Part shown: piece after piece, positions 20,025 to 29,611 of the stretch | How the letters are laid out: each line of letters begins with the position of its first letter | Numbering within the stretch: the first letter of the stretch is position 1 | Virus record (IMG/VR): IMGVR_UViG_3300009124_000002 | Location: 1-64,000 of that record | DNA from: a virus | Length of the DNA: 64,000 nt | Strand: one strand, 5' to 3' | Program-made: the position numbers and the translations under genes | Notes under the pieces: generated by a model | The model's input: the letters and a program-made list of their open reading frames with translations, nothing else | Told to the model about the DNA's origin: nothing | The model's database searches: none

Positions 20025-21343
20025 ATTACTCTGACAGAATCCGTGACAATCTTTGAGGTCGTGGTGTAGTTGCCAGTGTTAAGGTTTATTGTATGTATTG
20101 ATGTTGTGACCAAATACTTTCGAGAGAAAACAAGGTCATTCACCTCTGCATCATCACCAATATAATTCTTGAGTGCTTTTAGATCAGTTGCCTTTGGAAC
20201 CTCAAGTGCCACAATTTTACCGGGATTCAAAAAGAGATCTCCTGATACGGTAATCTCATGTGAGAGGGTATCCATGTTTGCAGTATAAGAGTCCAGAACA
20301 GGAGCAGAAAGTTTCTCAGCATCACCTGAATTCTTTAGACCACCAAAAGCAAGGCTATTACGATATGAAAAATTTCTTACAATATCAGGCGATTGAGAAA
20401 AAGATTTCTTGTTACCCAATGGAGAAAACTCAGGATAATAATTACTCTTCCCTGTCAGATACCTATCATTCGGAACTCGAAAGCAGTTAAACACATTGTC
20501 TGTATAGACTCTATTTGATAGATCAAAAGACAAATTGTGCGAAGCATACGCCCCAGCATTTGCTGCGGATACTCTATTCAGACCCAGAAACGAATTCATG
20601 TTCTGAATCGTCAGCATATTCTCTGCATCTGTGCTACGATTTCCCGGCACACCATCAGTAAAGAAGGTCTTCTCATAGTAGGTGTTGTAGAAGTTTCTTT
20701 CATCACCAATCATTGAATCATATGACCTTAACTGAATAAGGTCATGCACATTCTGCCAGAGGAAGAATGGTGAAAGATTATTATCGTAGAGTGTGTTGGT
20801 AAATTCAAGGGCTTGATCAAGAGGTTTTGTCCACTCAATTACACCAGCATATGCGGTAACTGGATCACCACGAACAACAATCTTTTGCTTTAGGTCATTT
20901 GTGATAATTTTCTCAATCTCCTTTGAGATTGCTCCATTGAAACCGCGAGAGATATTTTTGAGGGATGAAAGATAGGCAACCTCACTTACAGCATCAATGA
21001 CATAAAGCTGGTAATCACCAGAATTGCCTCTGGAATATTTCGGATACCCAGTGACTCGATAGATGAGTTCTGATTCATATTCATCCTCACCAAAGGGTTT
21101 CTGCCTGACATTCAGGATAATTTTCTCATTGCCATTTATCTCAAAGAACTCAAAGAAATTAGACTCATCCTTGATACCAAGTTTGAGTGTCACATATGGA
21201 TTATACAGAGATTCAGTGAGAGTTACTGTCTTGACCATCGTGATGATATCCTTCACATCACCACGATAATTCACCATGAAAATATTCTGAATATCACAAG
21301 AACCTGATGCCGTAGATAAATTTTTTGCTACCTTGTTGCTCAT
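20021..21343 (-). CDS. baseplate hub protein (gp27-like)
   Basis: Lies between gp53 and gp5; ESLYNP...NGNEKI...ITVSGD..LNPGKIV.L.VP...YLVT.S.H. Confidence 0.65.
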   Translation of the reverse strand: MSNKVAKNLSTASGSCDIQNIFMVNYRGDVKDIITMVKTVTLTESLYNPYVTLKLGIKDESNFFEFFEINGNEKIILNVRQKPFGEDEYESELIYRVTGYPKYSRGNSGDYQLYVIDAVSEVAYLSSLKNISRGFNGAISKEIEKIITNDLKQKIVVRGDPVTAYAGVIEWTKPLDQALEFTNTLYDNNLSPFFLWQNVHDLIQLRSYDSMIGDERNFYNTYYEKTFFTDGVPGNRSTDAENMLTIQNMNSFLGLNRVSAANAGAYASHNLSFDLSNRVYTDNVFNCFRVPNDRYLTGKSNYYPEFSPLGNKKSFSQSPDIVRNFSYRNSLAFGGLKNSGDAEKLSAPVLDSYTANMDTLSHEITVSGDLFLNPGKIVALEVPKATDLKALKNYIGDDAEVNDLVFSRKYLVTTSIHTINLNTGNYTTTSKIVTDSVRVI

Positions 21344-22662
21344 TTATTCAGAAGAGATTTGTATTCACGCGCAAACTCACGAACACGATCAGGTCTAAGG
21401 ACACGAACCTCTCTGGCTTTATCATTCTCTTCTACCAGATGGTCATAGTATGAGGTGAAGTCACTGTATGTGCCATTGACACTGAGTGCATCATAAGCAC
21501 TGAGAACCTCCTTGGACAATTGACGAGAATACCAGACCTGAAAGAATCCAGCCGCGCCCCATTCAGATGTGTTAATCTTGAAGGTTAAAGCCTCTCCAGT
21601 GCCATCAAGAAATGAGACTTCCTCATTATCCTCGTTGTAAAATTTTGTTATGTTAAAGGGACCAACAATCTCGGGTTTTCCCTTGAGATAATATCTATGA
21701 CCAACAGTGGAAATAGGCAATGTTATTACTAAATATGTTCCATCACCAACAGTTGTCAATTGACCAGCCTGTGTCAATTCGTCTTCTTCAAAAGATATGG
21801 TTCCGGTATATCGGTAAGGTGCTCTCTCTGCATCTGTAAAGATTTGATAAGCATACACAGTGTTTTCTTCTTCACTGGTAGAGTATCCAAGGTCATCCAG
21901 TGCTGTCTGCCATGCATTCTGTTTTACTGCTGTGTAGTCGCTATCAAAGTCACTGCCAAGTTCATACTGTGAATCAAATTCACTGTCTGCATATCCAATC
22001 TTCTCTGGATTATCAAGATATCGAATATGAAATTCCTTATATCCACCAGAGAGTGTAAAAAATGTATTGAAATGACTATCAGTTTTTACAATTAAATCTG
22101 GACCTTCTGATGCACCACCCGGTTCTTCTGGTGTGTATTCATACATCTGTGTCTTGTCCACCCAGAGTTGATATCGAGACTGATCCCAATGAACAATCTT
22201 GACTGCTGCATAAGTCTCCTGAGATTCGTCAATATCAAAGAGAAGATACAACTGGTCCTTATAGTCAGGATTATTGATAGGCATACCATCAATCAAATTA
22301 TACTGACCAGCATCATTCGGATCATCCACGGGAGGAAAGACCAGAACTGCAAATCTTTCATGAGCATCCTTGATATAGGTATCAAGCTCTTGGTCTCCCT
22401 TTGCCCATGCATTGATGCCACCATCTTTTAGGAAGTCATTCAGAATAAAGAATGTCCAGTAAAACTCTGGTGTTCCATAGAGTTGATTTGAGAGTTGGTC
22501 AGGTCGAACCTCATTGGGAACACGAACTTTTTTGTATGCAAAGGAGTCGTCTGCAAACGAATCGATGATGTCTACGTATCTCCAGAAATCAGTGGAGATA
22601 TCAACCACTCCATCACGATTGATATCAACAGGTAGCTTTGGGAATTGCTTAAAGAATGACAT
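21340..22662 (-). CDS. gp53: baseplate wedge component gp53 (with internal insertion)
   Basis: MSFFKQFP...RPDQLS.QLYG.PEFYW...LN...W; C-terminal EENDKAR.VRVLRP. Confidence 0.85.
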   Translation of the reverse strand: MSFFKQFPKLPVDINRDGVVDISTDFWRYVDIIDSFADDSFAYKKVRVPNEVRPDQLSNQLYGTPEFYWTFFILNDFLKDGGINAWAKGDQELDTYIKDAHERFAVLVFPPVDDPNDAGQYNLIDGMPINNPDYKDQLYLLFDIDESQETYAAVKIVHWDQSRYQLWVDKTQMYEYTPEEPGGASEGPDLIVKTDSHFNTFFTLSGGYKEFHIRYLDNPEKIGYADSEFDSQYELGSDFDSDYTAVKQNAWQTALDDLGYSTSEEENTVYAYQIFTDAERAPYRYTGTISFEEDELTQAGQLTTVGDGTYLVITLPISTVGHRYYLKGKPEIVGPFNITKFYNEDNEEVSFLDGTGEALTFKINTSEWGAAGFFQVWYSRQLSKEVLSAYDALSVNGTYSDFTSYYDHLVEENDKAREVRVLRPDRVREFAREYKSLLNK

Positions 22663-22663
22663 T

Positions 22664-23794
22664 TTATCTTGTTAGAAAATTATTAAAGCGGTCGCCAAAT
22701 TCAATCAGGTTATCAAACAGAGCATTACCAGTCCCAGCAGAACCAGTATTGGCAATATTCTCTCTTCCGAGATCGTTTAGTGCCTTGACTTCTTCTGTCG
22801 CCTTGTTCACCTTCTTATTTACCTCTTTACCGATACGATCAAAATTTCCTCTGGCACCCTTATTGCGGTCTGGTGAATCTTTACGAAGTTCTTCAATATC
22901 GTCGCGTGTCAGGACTCGTATCTCCTGAAAATTCAGAGAAAAATCTGCCTCTAGAGGTTCACCATTTGTTCTCCATGAGTTCACGCTGGAGTTGTATGTG
23001 CTTGACATCCCTGTGAGATAGGTCTTATGAATCTTTGGAATATTTGGATTCTCTTTACCCTTGAATAGAAAACGAACCTCAGTTGTGGGAGGAAAATGAA
23101 GGCTATTGATAGAACCTTTCACTGGTTGCGCGTAGATTGCTGCCTGAAAGAGTGTATGGATCGCATCAATTACTTGATACTCTTGAGCAGAGGAAGCAAT
23201 CAACTTAAAATTAAAGGAAAAGGTTCGCATAGAATTAGATTCAAACAAGGTATTCACCCTTGGATTCTGTACTCTCTTGGTTGCGAACTTTGCCACTCCT
23301 CCGACATCAACACCAGCAAAACTAGTTCCAGACGCAGCTTCCATTGCTTGCTCAATAATCAAATTCTTAACTCCACCAACAGAAGCCTTGTCTTTTATCT
23401 TAGTGGCAATCATTTCTCCTGCTTCTTTCAGGCTTCCAGCAGATGCAACATCAGCGATATCTCCTGCCAAAGCACCAAGGGCACCCAATTCCACTGTTCC
23501 GTAATTCCCTTGGTCATTAAATGCAATCCCTCCGGGGCACGGGAAGTAAATTGTGCTAGGTGGCTTGTCTCTTTCGAATTCAATTGTAAACGATATCATG
23601 GGACGAGATGCAGCAGTCTCACTCCTCATGGATAGTGGAAAAATAATTCTATTCCCAGCAGGATTATCGACAAAGAATCCATCACCAAGTTCTTCGATCT
23701 TCCTCGGGAAAATCGAATCCTTGAGTTCATTCAACTGAGAATTGAAATTATCCCCAACCTTTGTTGCCGTACTTCTGATGAGATTCGTGACCAT
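22664..23794 (-). CDS. gp48: baseplate tail-tube cap gp48-like (start revised to ATG 23794)
   Basis: NP...LF....RTFSFNFKLIA.S..E...I...F...P; the track's longer start overlaps gp4 on the opposite strand. Confidence 0.8.
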   Translation of the reverse strand: MVTNLIRSTATKVGDNFNSQLNELKDSIFPRKIEELGDGFFVDNPAGNRIIFPLSMRSETAASRPMISFTIEFERDKPPSTIYFPCPGGIAFNDQGNYGTVELGALGALAGDIADVASAGSLKEAGEMIATKIKDKASVGGVKNLIIEQAMEAASGTSFAGVDVGGVAKFATKRVQNPRVNTLFESNSMRTFSFNFKLIASSAQEYQVIDAIHTLFQAAIYAQPVKGSINSLHFPPTTEVRFLFKGKENPNIPKIHKTYLTGMSSTYNSSVNSWRTNGEPLEADFSLNFQEIRVLTRDDIEELRKDSPDRNKGARGNFDRIGKEVNKKVNKATEEVKALNDLGRENIANTGSAGTGNALFDNLIEFGDRFNNFLTR

Positions 23795-23810
23795 ATAAAT
23801 TGTATTTATA
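23794..23810. promoter_or_regulatory. pair of face-to-face late promoters (TATAAATT on +, TATAAATA on -)
   Basis: TATAAATTGTATTTATA spans the 15-nt gap between the divergent gp48 and gp4 start codons. Confidence 0.7.
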
Positions 23811-24253
23811 TGACCTATCGTGGAAAGTTCCAGCCTCGAAATCTCGCAAAGTATCGTGGTGATGCCTCTGCTATTACTTATCGTTCTCTCTGGGAACGTC
23901 AAGCCTTTCGCTGGCTGGATGATAACCCTGATGTCTTGGAATGGAACAGTGAGGAGGTAGTCATTCCTTATCGATGCAAGACAGACGGTAGACCACATCG
24001 ATACTTCATGGATCTCTATATCAAGTTCAAGACTGGTCAGGTGTATCTCATTGAAATCAAACCAGAGAAACAGACTCAGCCACCTAAGCAACCCAAGAGG
24101 CAGTCAAAAAAGTATCTCAAGGAGGTCATGACCTATGCCAAGAATACCTCTAAGTGGGAAGCAGCAACCAGTTACTGTGAGAATCGTGGCTGGATATTTG
24201 AAATCTGGACAGAGAAGACTCTCAAGAAACTTGGTATTCGTTTGCTGACATAA
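23810..24253 (+). CDS. gp4: head completion nuclease gp4 (TnsA-like)
   Basis: YRGKFQP.N..KY.GD...I.YRSLWE...W.SEE..IPY...HRYF.D...EIKP..QT..P...N.SKWEAA. Confidence 0.93.
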   Translation: MTYRGKFQPRNLAKYRGDASAITYRSLWERQAFRWLDDNPDVLEWNSEEVVIPYRCKTDGRPHRYFMDLYIKFKTGQVYLIEIKPEKQTQPPKQPKRQSKKYLKEVMTYAKNTSKWEAATSYCENRGWIFEIWTEKTLKKLGIRLLT

Positions 24254-24264
24254 ATAGAGTAGAC

Positions 24265-24858
24265 ATGGCATCTTACCTAGAGAAACTGGAAATCGAAGCA
24301 TTTCGTAAGGGGATTACTCCAAGAACCAAGCAGTCCTTGGATTGGTTTCGCAAGCGCGTTCAGAACATCAAGAATGTCAACCGCAGAGAACTACTGAAGG
24401 ATGATGCTCTGATTCAACGTCAGAAAACCGTGGTAGGAAAGATGTTTCTCTATAAGTATGATGCCAAGACCAAGGCAACCCTTCCATACTTTGACCAATA
24501 CCCACTGATATTCATGGTAGATCGTGCTCCAAAGGGTTTCTATGGCATCAATCTACACTACTTGCCACCAAATGTTCGTGCTGTTTTCTTTGATAAGATT
24601 ACTGATGTGGCAAATAATAATAAATTTGATGAGACAACAAAGCTAAGAATTTCATATGACATTCTCAAGGGTGTTACCAAGTATAAAGAATTTGCACCCT
24701 GCTTTAAACGCTATCTCACATCACAAATGAAGAGCAAACCCATCCTTGTTCCTGCAAGTGAATGGGAGGTTGTTCTCTTTTTACCATTCGACTCCTTCAG
24801 TGGAGCATCAAGAAACAAGGTCTGGTCAGACTCAAGAAAAATAATCAAAGGAAGATAA
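24265..24858 (+). CDS. gp2: DNA end protector gp2
   Basis: S..WF...GKM.L..YDAKTK..LPYFD.YPL...GF.GINLHYL...K.YL; CATAAATA 8 nt upstream. Confidence 0.9.
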   Translation: MASYLEKLEIEAFRKGITPRTKQSLDWFRKRVQNIKNVNRRELLKDDALIQRQKTVVGKMFLYKYDAKTKATLPYFDQYPLIFMVDRAPKGFYGINLHYLPPNVRAVFFDKITDVANNNKFDETTKLRISYDILKGVTKYKEFAPCFKRYLTSQMKSKPILVPASEWEVVLFLPFDSFSGASRNKVWSDSRKIIKGR

Positions 24859-25550
24859 TGGGACTCCTCGATAGAATCACAAATACGGTAAATCCATCAA
24901 CGATTGATGACTTCAAGTCCACTGTTTCAAAACATGCTGGATTAGCCCAGAGTAATCGCTTTAATGTCATTATCACCCCACCCACACAAAGTCTTTTCAA
25001 TTTGGATTTGCAAAATATTGCATCTCAAGCACTGAGTGGAAACTTCGGATTTAATGACCTGATTAATGACCCGCGTGATGTGGCATTGCTATGTGAATCC
25101 TGCTCCTTTCCCGGTAGACGATTGAATACCACTGAGTATGCATCCAATCAAGACTGGTATACTAGAAATACCCCTACAGGATACAATACAGAACCTATAA
25201 CATTCTCCTTTATCCTGACCAATGATTACTACATGAAGAAATTCTTTGAGCGATGGATTGCATCTATCGTTGACCAGAATACGTATCTGGTTGCTCATGA
25301 TGATACATATAAGACAGATGTGATTATTCAAGCACTGGATCGTAACAATCGCCCCATCTATGGTGTAAAATTGATTGAAGCGTTTCCAACTGAGATTACT
25401 GCTGTTCAGCTAGATAATAATGCGACTGACCAGATTACAAAACTGTCAGTCACTATATCATACACTGATTTCAAACCAGAAGGTGCCATTGCAAGCCTGC
25501 TTGGTGGAATCAAAAACCAAGTTACCGGATCACTAAGAAGATTGATATAA
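24858..25550 (+). CDS. tail tube-family protein (gp54/gp19-like tube initiator; start revised to ATG 24858)
   Basis: GLA..NRF.V...LLCES.SFPG...F..T.DY....FFE.W...Y.TD..I...L.EAFP..I....L; TAATG overlap with gp2. Confidence 0.75.
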   Translation: MGLLDRITNTVNPSTIDDFKSTVSKHAGLAQSNRFNVIITPPTQSLFNLDLQNIASQALSGNFGFNDLINDPRDVALLCESCSFPGRRLNTTEYASNQDWYTRNTPTGYNTEPITFSFILTNDYYMKKFFERWIASIVDQNTYLVAHDDTYKTDVIIQALDRNNRPIYGVKLIEAFPTEITAVQLDNNATDQITKLSVTISYTDFKPEGAIASLLGGIKNQVTGSLRRLI

Positions 25551-25553
25551 GTT

Positions 25554-26246
25554 ATGCCACTACCTACACTTGAGACACCGAAATATACCCTCACACTACC
25601 ATCCACAAAACAGAAGATTGAATATCGCCCCTTCTTGGTGAAGGAGGAGAAAGTTTTGATGATTGCCCAGCAATCTGATGATTCAAACACAATGTTTCGT
25701 GCAATGATCGATATCGTTGATGCTTGCACATTCAATAAACTTCTGGTCGATAAGTTATCCAATGTGGACCTTGAATACATCTTTCTGAAACTCCGAGCCA
25801 AGTCTGTTGGAGAAACAGTAGAATTGAACATGATTTGTGATGAATGCAAACATGAGAATCCAGTCTCTATTGATATCGATGATATCAAGGTGAAATATTC
25901 TCGCAAGAAAGTAGAACCAACGATTCAACTCACAGATGACGTTGGTGTTGTCTGCACATATCCTACAGTGAAATCTGTGATGCGAGTCAAGAAGGATGAC
26001 CCTACTGAGATTATTTCTTGTGCCATTGAGTCAATCTTTGACAAAGAGAACACATACAATCTTGAGGAGGAGAGTCCAGAGGAGATTAACAAGTTCATTG
26101 AGACCCTGAACTTTCAGCAGTTGAAAAAGATTCAGGATTTTATCGATACTGCACCAAAGATTCAACATACAGTGAAATTCCAGTGTTCAAAGTGTAATAG
26201 CGAGAATAGCAAGTTGGTTCAGGGAGCAGAAAATTTTTTCGTCTAA
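25554..26246 (+). CDS. gp26: baseplate hub subunit gp26
   Basis: MPLP.L.TP.Y.L.LPS....I.YRPFLVKEEK.L...D.EYIFL.LRAKSVGE; two CxxC; ends ENFFV. Confidence 0.9.
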   Translation: MPLPTLETPKYTLTLPSTKQKIEYRPFLVKEEKVLMIAQQSDDSNTMFRAMIDIVDACTFNKLLVDKLSNVDLEYIFLKLRAKSVGETVELNMICDECKHENPVSIDIDDIKVKYSRKKVEPTIQLTDDVGVVCTYPTVKSVMRVKKDDPTEIISCAIESIFDKENTYNLEEESPEEINKFIETLNFQQLKKIQDFIDTAPKIQHTVKFQCSKCNSENSKLVQGAENFFV

Positions 26247-26428
26247 GCCTAGCACACGATTCTCTCTCTAATTACTATCGTGTGAATTTTGGGCTGATGC
26301 AACATCATAAATACTCGTTGAGTGATCTTGAAAATATGCTTCCTTGGGAGAGGGAAGTCTACTGCGCTATGTTGATTAAACACATAGAAGAACAAGAAGA
26401 AAAGAACAAAAAAGACTATGGCACTTGA
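26234..26428 (+). CDS. gp51: baseplate hub assembly catalyst gp51 (missing from the ORF track; probably reached by -1 frameshift, first ATG at 26297)
   Basis: -1 frame reads RLSLAHDSLSNYYRVNFGLMQHHKYSLSDLENMLPWEREVYCAMLIKHIEE...*, the gp51 signature. Confidence 0.82.
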   Translation, partial: FFRLSLAHDSLSNYYRVNFGLMQHHKYSLSDLENMLPWEREVYCAMLIKHIEEQEEKNKKDYGT

Positions 26429-27845
26429 CGCTACAATATCCTTACTGGAAAAGCAGAATACCATTCTGGAAAGTATTAGCACCCAACTCCAGAATCAACA
26501 GAATGCTGTAAGGGCGTCTAAATTAGCAGACAAGGAGGACGCTGATAAGAATCGTGCATTGATGGAAAGGATTGCATCGTCTCTTGGTGGTGGTGGTGGT
26601 GGTAGAGGTGCTGCTCCAGCCGCTGATTCTGGTGGAGGTGAGACCAAGAAGGGTGGGATACTTGGTGGATTACTGGTTGGCGCGATTGGGGTTGTTGGTT
26701 CAATTGGAGCGATACTTGGAGCGAAAAGCCCTCTTGGTCTTGCGGTTACAAAATTCAAACAAAGCGGAGTTGCGAAAACATTTGTCAGTATCTTTAAAAG
26801 AATTAGTGGATTCTTTGGTAAGGAAGGTGGAGCCAAAAAGCTTCTAGGGAGAATCAAAAAAGCAAAGCCTGTTCTCAAGAAAGGACTCAAGTTTCTTGGA
26901 AGACTCTTTAGTAGAGTATTTGGTATCTTCACTGCGATCACTGCATTTTTTGATGCCAAGAAAGCTTTTGATGAGACGGAGGGGGGTTTCTCAGAGAAGT
27001 TGGGGGAAGCACTGAAGGAGTTTGGAGCAAGTGTTCTTGGTGCAATCTTTGGATGGATTCCAACACTTGCTGGTCATGTTCTGGAGTTCTTTGGTGCCCC
27101 TGAATGGCTTACAGACATGCTCAAAGAGTTTAATCTGAAGGAGGAAATCAAGCTTCTAGTTGATACGCTTTCGCTTATGCTTGAGGATGCCATCATGTTC
27201 TTCATGGATGGCTCCTTTACCAAGATGTTCACTGAGGATATCCCAAATGCAATTGGAGAATTCTTTGGCAAACTTAAGGACTGGTTTAATGAAAATGTCA
27301 TAGCACCAATAAGGGACTTCATTGACAACAACGAGGCAATTCAAACCGCAATTGTTGGATTCAAGGTATTGTGGAATGCAATCAAGGCAGTTCCAACTTT
27401 CATTGAGAACTTCATCTTCAATATTGTAAATGCAGTGAAAGGGGTTCTTGCAAATATCGTATCATGGCTGGATGGGATAGTAATTGGAGGTAAGAGAAGT
27501 ATTGCTGGCAAAGTCCTCAGTAAAGTTGGAGTGGACTTACCGGAGTTTTCTATGGGGGATATTATTCCCGAATCGATTAGGACTTTTGTCAAGGCACCTG
27601 ATTTGAAGACAAAAGAGATAGACCTAATGGAAGGAGTCGATATGACAAAACTCCAGAACATTCGGGCAGCAAATGCAGCAAATACGGTATCTGGTGTAGC
27701 AACACAACCAGTGGTCATCAATCAGATTTCAAACGATAATAGAAGCACTATCTCTGCACCAACTTCAAATACAAGTATTGCTGCCCAGACTGAGGCAGCG
27801 GAGAGGCAACCGAGACAAAGACGCAGTGGTGTTGGCAGCAGATAA
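26418..27845 (+). CDS. tape-measure / gp29-like tail length protein
   Basis: Follows gp26/gp51; Gly/Ala-rich amphipathic helices with hydrophobic segments; C-terminal PVVIN..SN. Confidence 0.6.
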   Translation: MALDATISLLEKQNTILESISTQLQNQQNAVRASKLADKEDADKNRALMERIASSLGGGGGGRGAAPAADSGGGETKKGGILGGLLVGAIGVVGSIGAILGAKSPLGLAVTKFKQSGVAKTFVSIFKRISGFFGKEGGAKKLLGRIKKAKPVLKKGLKFLGRLFSRVFGIFTAITAFFDAKKAFDETEGGFSEKLGEALKEFGASVLGAIFGWIPTLAGHVLEFFGAPEWLTDMLKEFNLKEEIKLLVDTLSLMLEDAIMFFMDGSFTKMFTEDIPNAIGEFFGKLKDWFNENVIAPIRDFIDNNEAIQTAIVGFKVLWNAIKAVPTFIENFIFNIVNAVKGVLANIVSWLDGIVIGGKRSIAGKVLSKVGVDLPEFSMGDIIPESIRTFVKAPDLKTKEIDLMEGVDMTKLQNIRAANAANTVSGVATQPVVINQISNDNRSTISAPTSNTSIAAQTEAAERQPRQRRSGVGSR

Positions 27846-27877
27846 AAAAACCCCACCCCGATTTCTCAGGGCAGGGC
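27844..27877 (-). terminator. rho-independent terminator after gp32
   Basis: Minus strand GCCCTGCCCTGA-GAAA-TCGGGGTGGGGT followed by a T run. Confidence 0.8.
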
Positions 27878-27900
27878 ATTGTAATGAGAGGTTACAACTA

Positions 27901-28800
27901 CTACGACTGCGCGAGCTTGGCGAAATAACTCAGAGTCTCCTCTTCATCATCACCAGAAGAAGATGATGCAGCAGGAGCATTCGCCATCGGATCAGGAGCA
28001 GACTTAGGAGCAGGAGCATAGTCCATAGGGACATCATCATTCTCATAATCACGCTCCACTTCAGCATCACCAAGAACTTCATTCAGGCGAGCCTTGAGTT
28101 CATTGTATGACTTGTAGTTGGAAGGATCGAGAAACTCGTTGAGAGAATAGAGCTTCTCACAGAGATCTTTGATCTTTTGGTCATCGCCACCAAAGATAGC
28201 ACTCGATCCACCAAACTCAGAACGATCGTAGTTCCGATATCCAGCGACCTGAGCGATCTTGATTTTGAAGTCTGCGCCATTCCATGGGCAAAATGGATCG
28301 AAAGGAGTCTCATCTTGATACTTGGGGTTGGCAGCATCCATGATCTTGTCCTTGATCTTGGCACCATAGCGATACAAGAAAACCTTGCCTTCGTTCTCTG
28401 GATTAGCTGGATCACTCACCACATAGATGTTAGAGATGTGATTCACCTTGCGCTTCCGAGCACGGACAACTTCCTTGTCCTCTTCACGACCGCTGTTCCA
28501 GAGACGAGTGTTCATTTCGCTCACAGGATCAGGTTGATTGTTTAGCGAGGTCCGAGACTTCTCGATATACCACTTACCAGTTGGACCTTGGAACCCATGG
28601 TCATAGTAGGTGACGAATGGCTTGCCTTCGGGATCCGGCAGGAACCGAATAATAGCAAAGCCGTTTCCTGCCTTATCCACATTAGGATACCACATACGCT
28701 CATCGACGTATTTGTTCTTGTCACTTTTGGGTCCAGCAGCATCAATGAGTTTCTGCAAGGACGAGGCACGATTTTGTTTTAGTTTTTCGAATACTGACAT
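27901..28800 (-). CDS. gp32: single-stranded DNA-binding protein gp32
   Basis: DER.W.P.VDKAGNG.AIIRFLP...HGFQGPTGKWYIE...DPVSE.N..LWN...NEGKVFLY.YG.KI..KI...NYD.SEF; acidic tail LSYFAKLA. Confidence 0.96.
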   Translation of the reverse strand: MSVFEKLKQNRASSLQKLIDAAGPKSDKNKYVDERMWYPNVDKAGNGFAIIRFLPDPEGKPFVTYYDHGFQGPTGKWYIEKSRTSLNNQPDPVSEMNTRLWNSGREEDKEVVRARKRKVNHISNIYVVSDPANPENEGKVFLYRYGAKIKDKIMDAANPKYQDETPFDPFCPWNGADFKIKIAQVAGYRNYDRSEFGGSSAIFGGDDQKIKDLCEKLYSLNEFLDPSNYKSYNELKARLNEVLGDAEVERDYENDDVPMDYAPAPKSAPDPMANAPAASSSSGDDEEETLSYFAKLAQS

Positions 28801-28865
28801 ATGTCTTAGTTTTTTCTGATGTTTTAGGTTTGTTTTACTCTACATCCCCCAAAAGGGATGTAAAA

Positions 28866-28894
28866 ATTATATCGCATTCCAATTCAGCAAGCAA
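28866..28894 (-). promoter_or_regulatory. sigma70-type promoter for gp32 (TTGCTT-17-TATAAT), followed by a 5' hairpin at 28841-28862
   Basis: Hexamers and 17-nt spacer read directly; hairpin TACATCCC/GGGATGTA. Confidence 0.65.
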
Positions 28895-29441
28895 GGGCTT
28901 TTTGTATCCCCTGTTTCACTCGACCCAGATCAATCCATGAGAGGAGAAACGGTTGATAGTTCTCAATCAGGTCAAAACGAGTCGAGTGGATTGCTAGAGG
29001 ATCCGATAAGCGTTTCCGAAGACGTTGAGTGAAGTTCAACAGAGCATTGAGCACTACCTGAACCTCAATCTCAGCCTTCATAATCATGGGGTCATCCCCC
29101 TCGAACATCTCATCGAAACTCAGAGGGAATCCCTTGATCCGATTCGTAATACGATACGTAAATGTATCTAGGCGAGAGTTCAGAGTGTCTAAATGATCTA
29201 CTGTCATGTCACCTATCCAGGTTGTTGTTCCTTGGTAGACGAAGTTGGCAACATAGTATCTGACCAAATCATCTTGCCTCTGAAACTTGCTGGCAATCTT
29301 CTCATAGAAGTATCTGTCTCTCCTTGCTTCATAGGTGCTCTGCTTGACTCTGGTCTTGAAGCCATACTTAATGGCATCATAACTCCCTGAAAAGTGTAGC
29401 TTGATTGCTTGGTATAATGAATATGCATTGAATCCGTTCAC
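28884..29441 (-). CDS. gp59: helicase loader gp59
   Basis: GF.AY.LY.AIKLHF...YD..KY..K......Y..R.D.YF.EK...YYVANF...WIG. Confidence 0.88.
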   Translation of the reverse strand: MNGFNAYSLYQAIKLHFSGSYDAIKYGFKTRVKQSTYEARRDRYFYEKIASKFQRQDDLVRYYVANFVYQGTTTWIGDMTVDHLDTLNSRLDTFTYRITNRIKGFPLSFDEMFEGDDPMIMKAEIEVQVVLNALLNFTQRLRKRLSDPLAIHSTRFDLIENYQPFLLSWIDLGRVKQGIQKALAC

Positions 29442-29593
29442 AGTGATTCTGTTGGCAATATCTTCTTACTTCTAAGAAATGCGATCAGATCATCCTCCTG
29501 TTTCCGTTCAGTCGAAGTCATCTTCGATCTGCGTTTCGCGATTTGCTTTTTCGTCAATCGCACTGCTCTTGGGTCATTTGGTCCTAGTATCAT
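29438..29593 (-). CDS. small hypothetical protein (51 aa, MILGPNDPRAVRLTKKQIAKRR...)
   Basis: Fills the gap; its stop overlaps the gp59 start (GTGA). Confidence 0.5.
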   Translation of the reverse strand: MILGPNDPRAVRLTKKQIAKRRSKMTSTERKQEDDLIAFLRSKKILPTESL

Positions 29594-29611
29594 TATTCCG
29601 TAGGATTCAGT

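Noticed and set aside
22664-24091. ORF-track long starts for gp48 (24091), tube protein (24762), SleB (33296), RNase H (51096) and DUF1501 (39182)
   Set aside because: The extensions overlap neighbouring genes; internal ATGs fit homology, promoter position and translational coupling better
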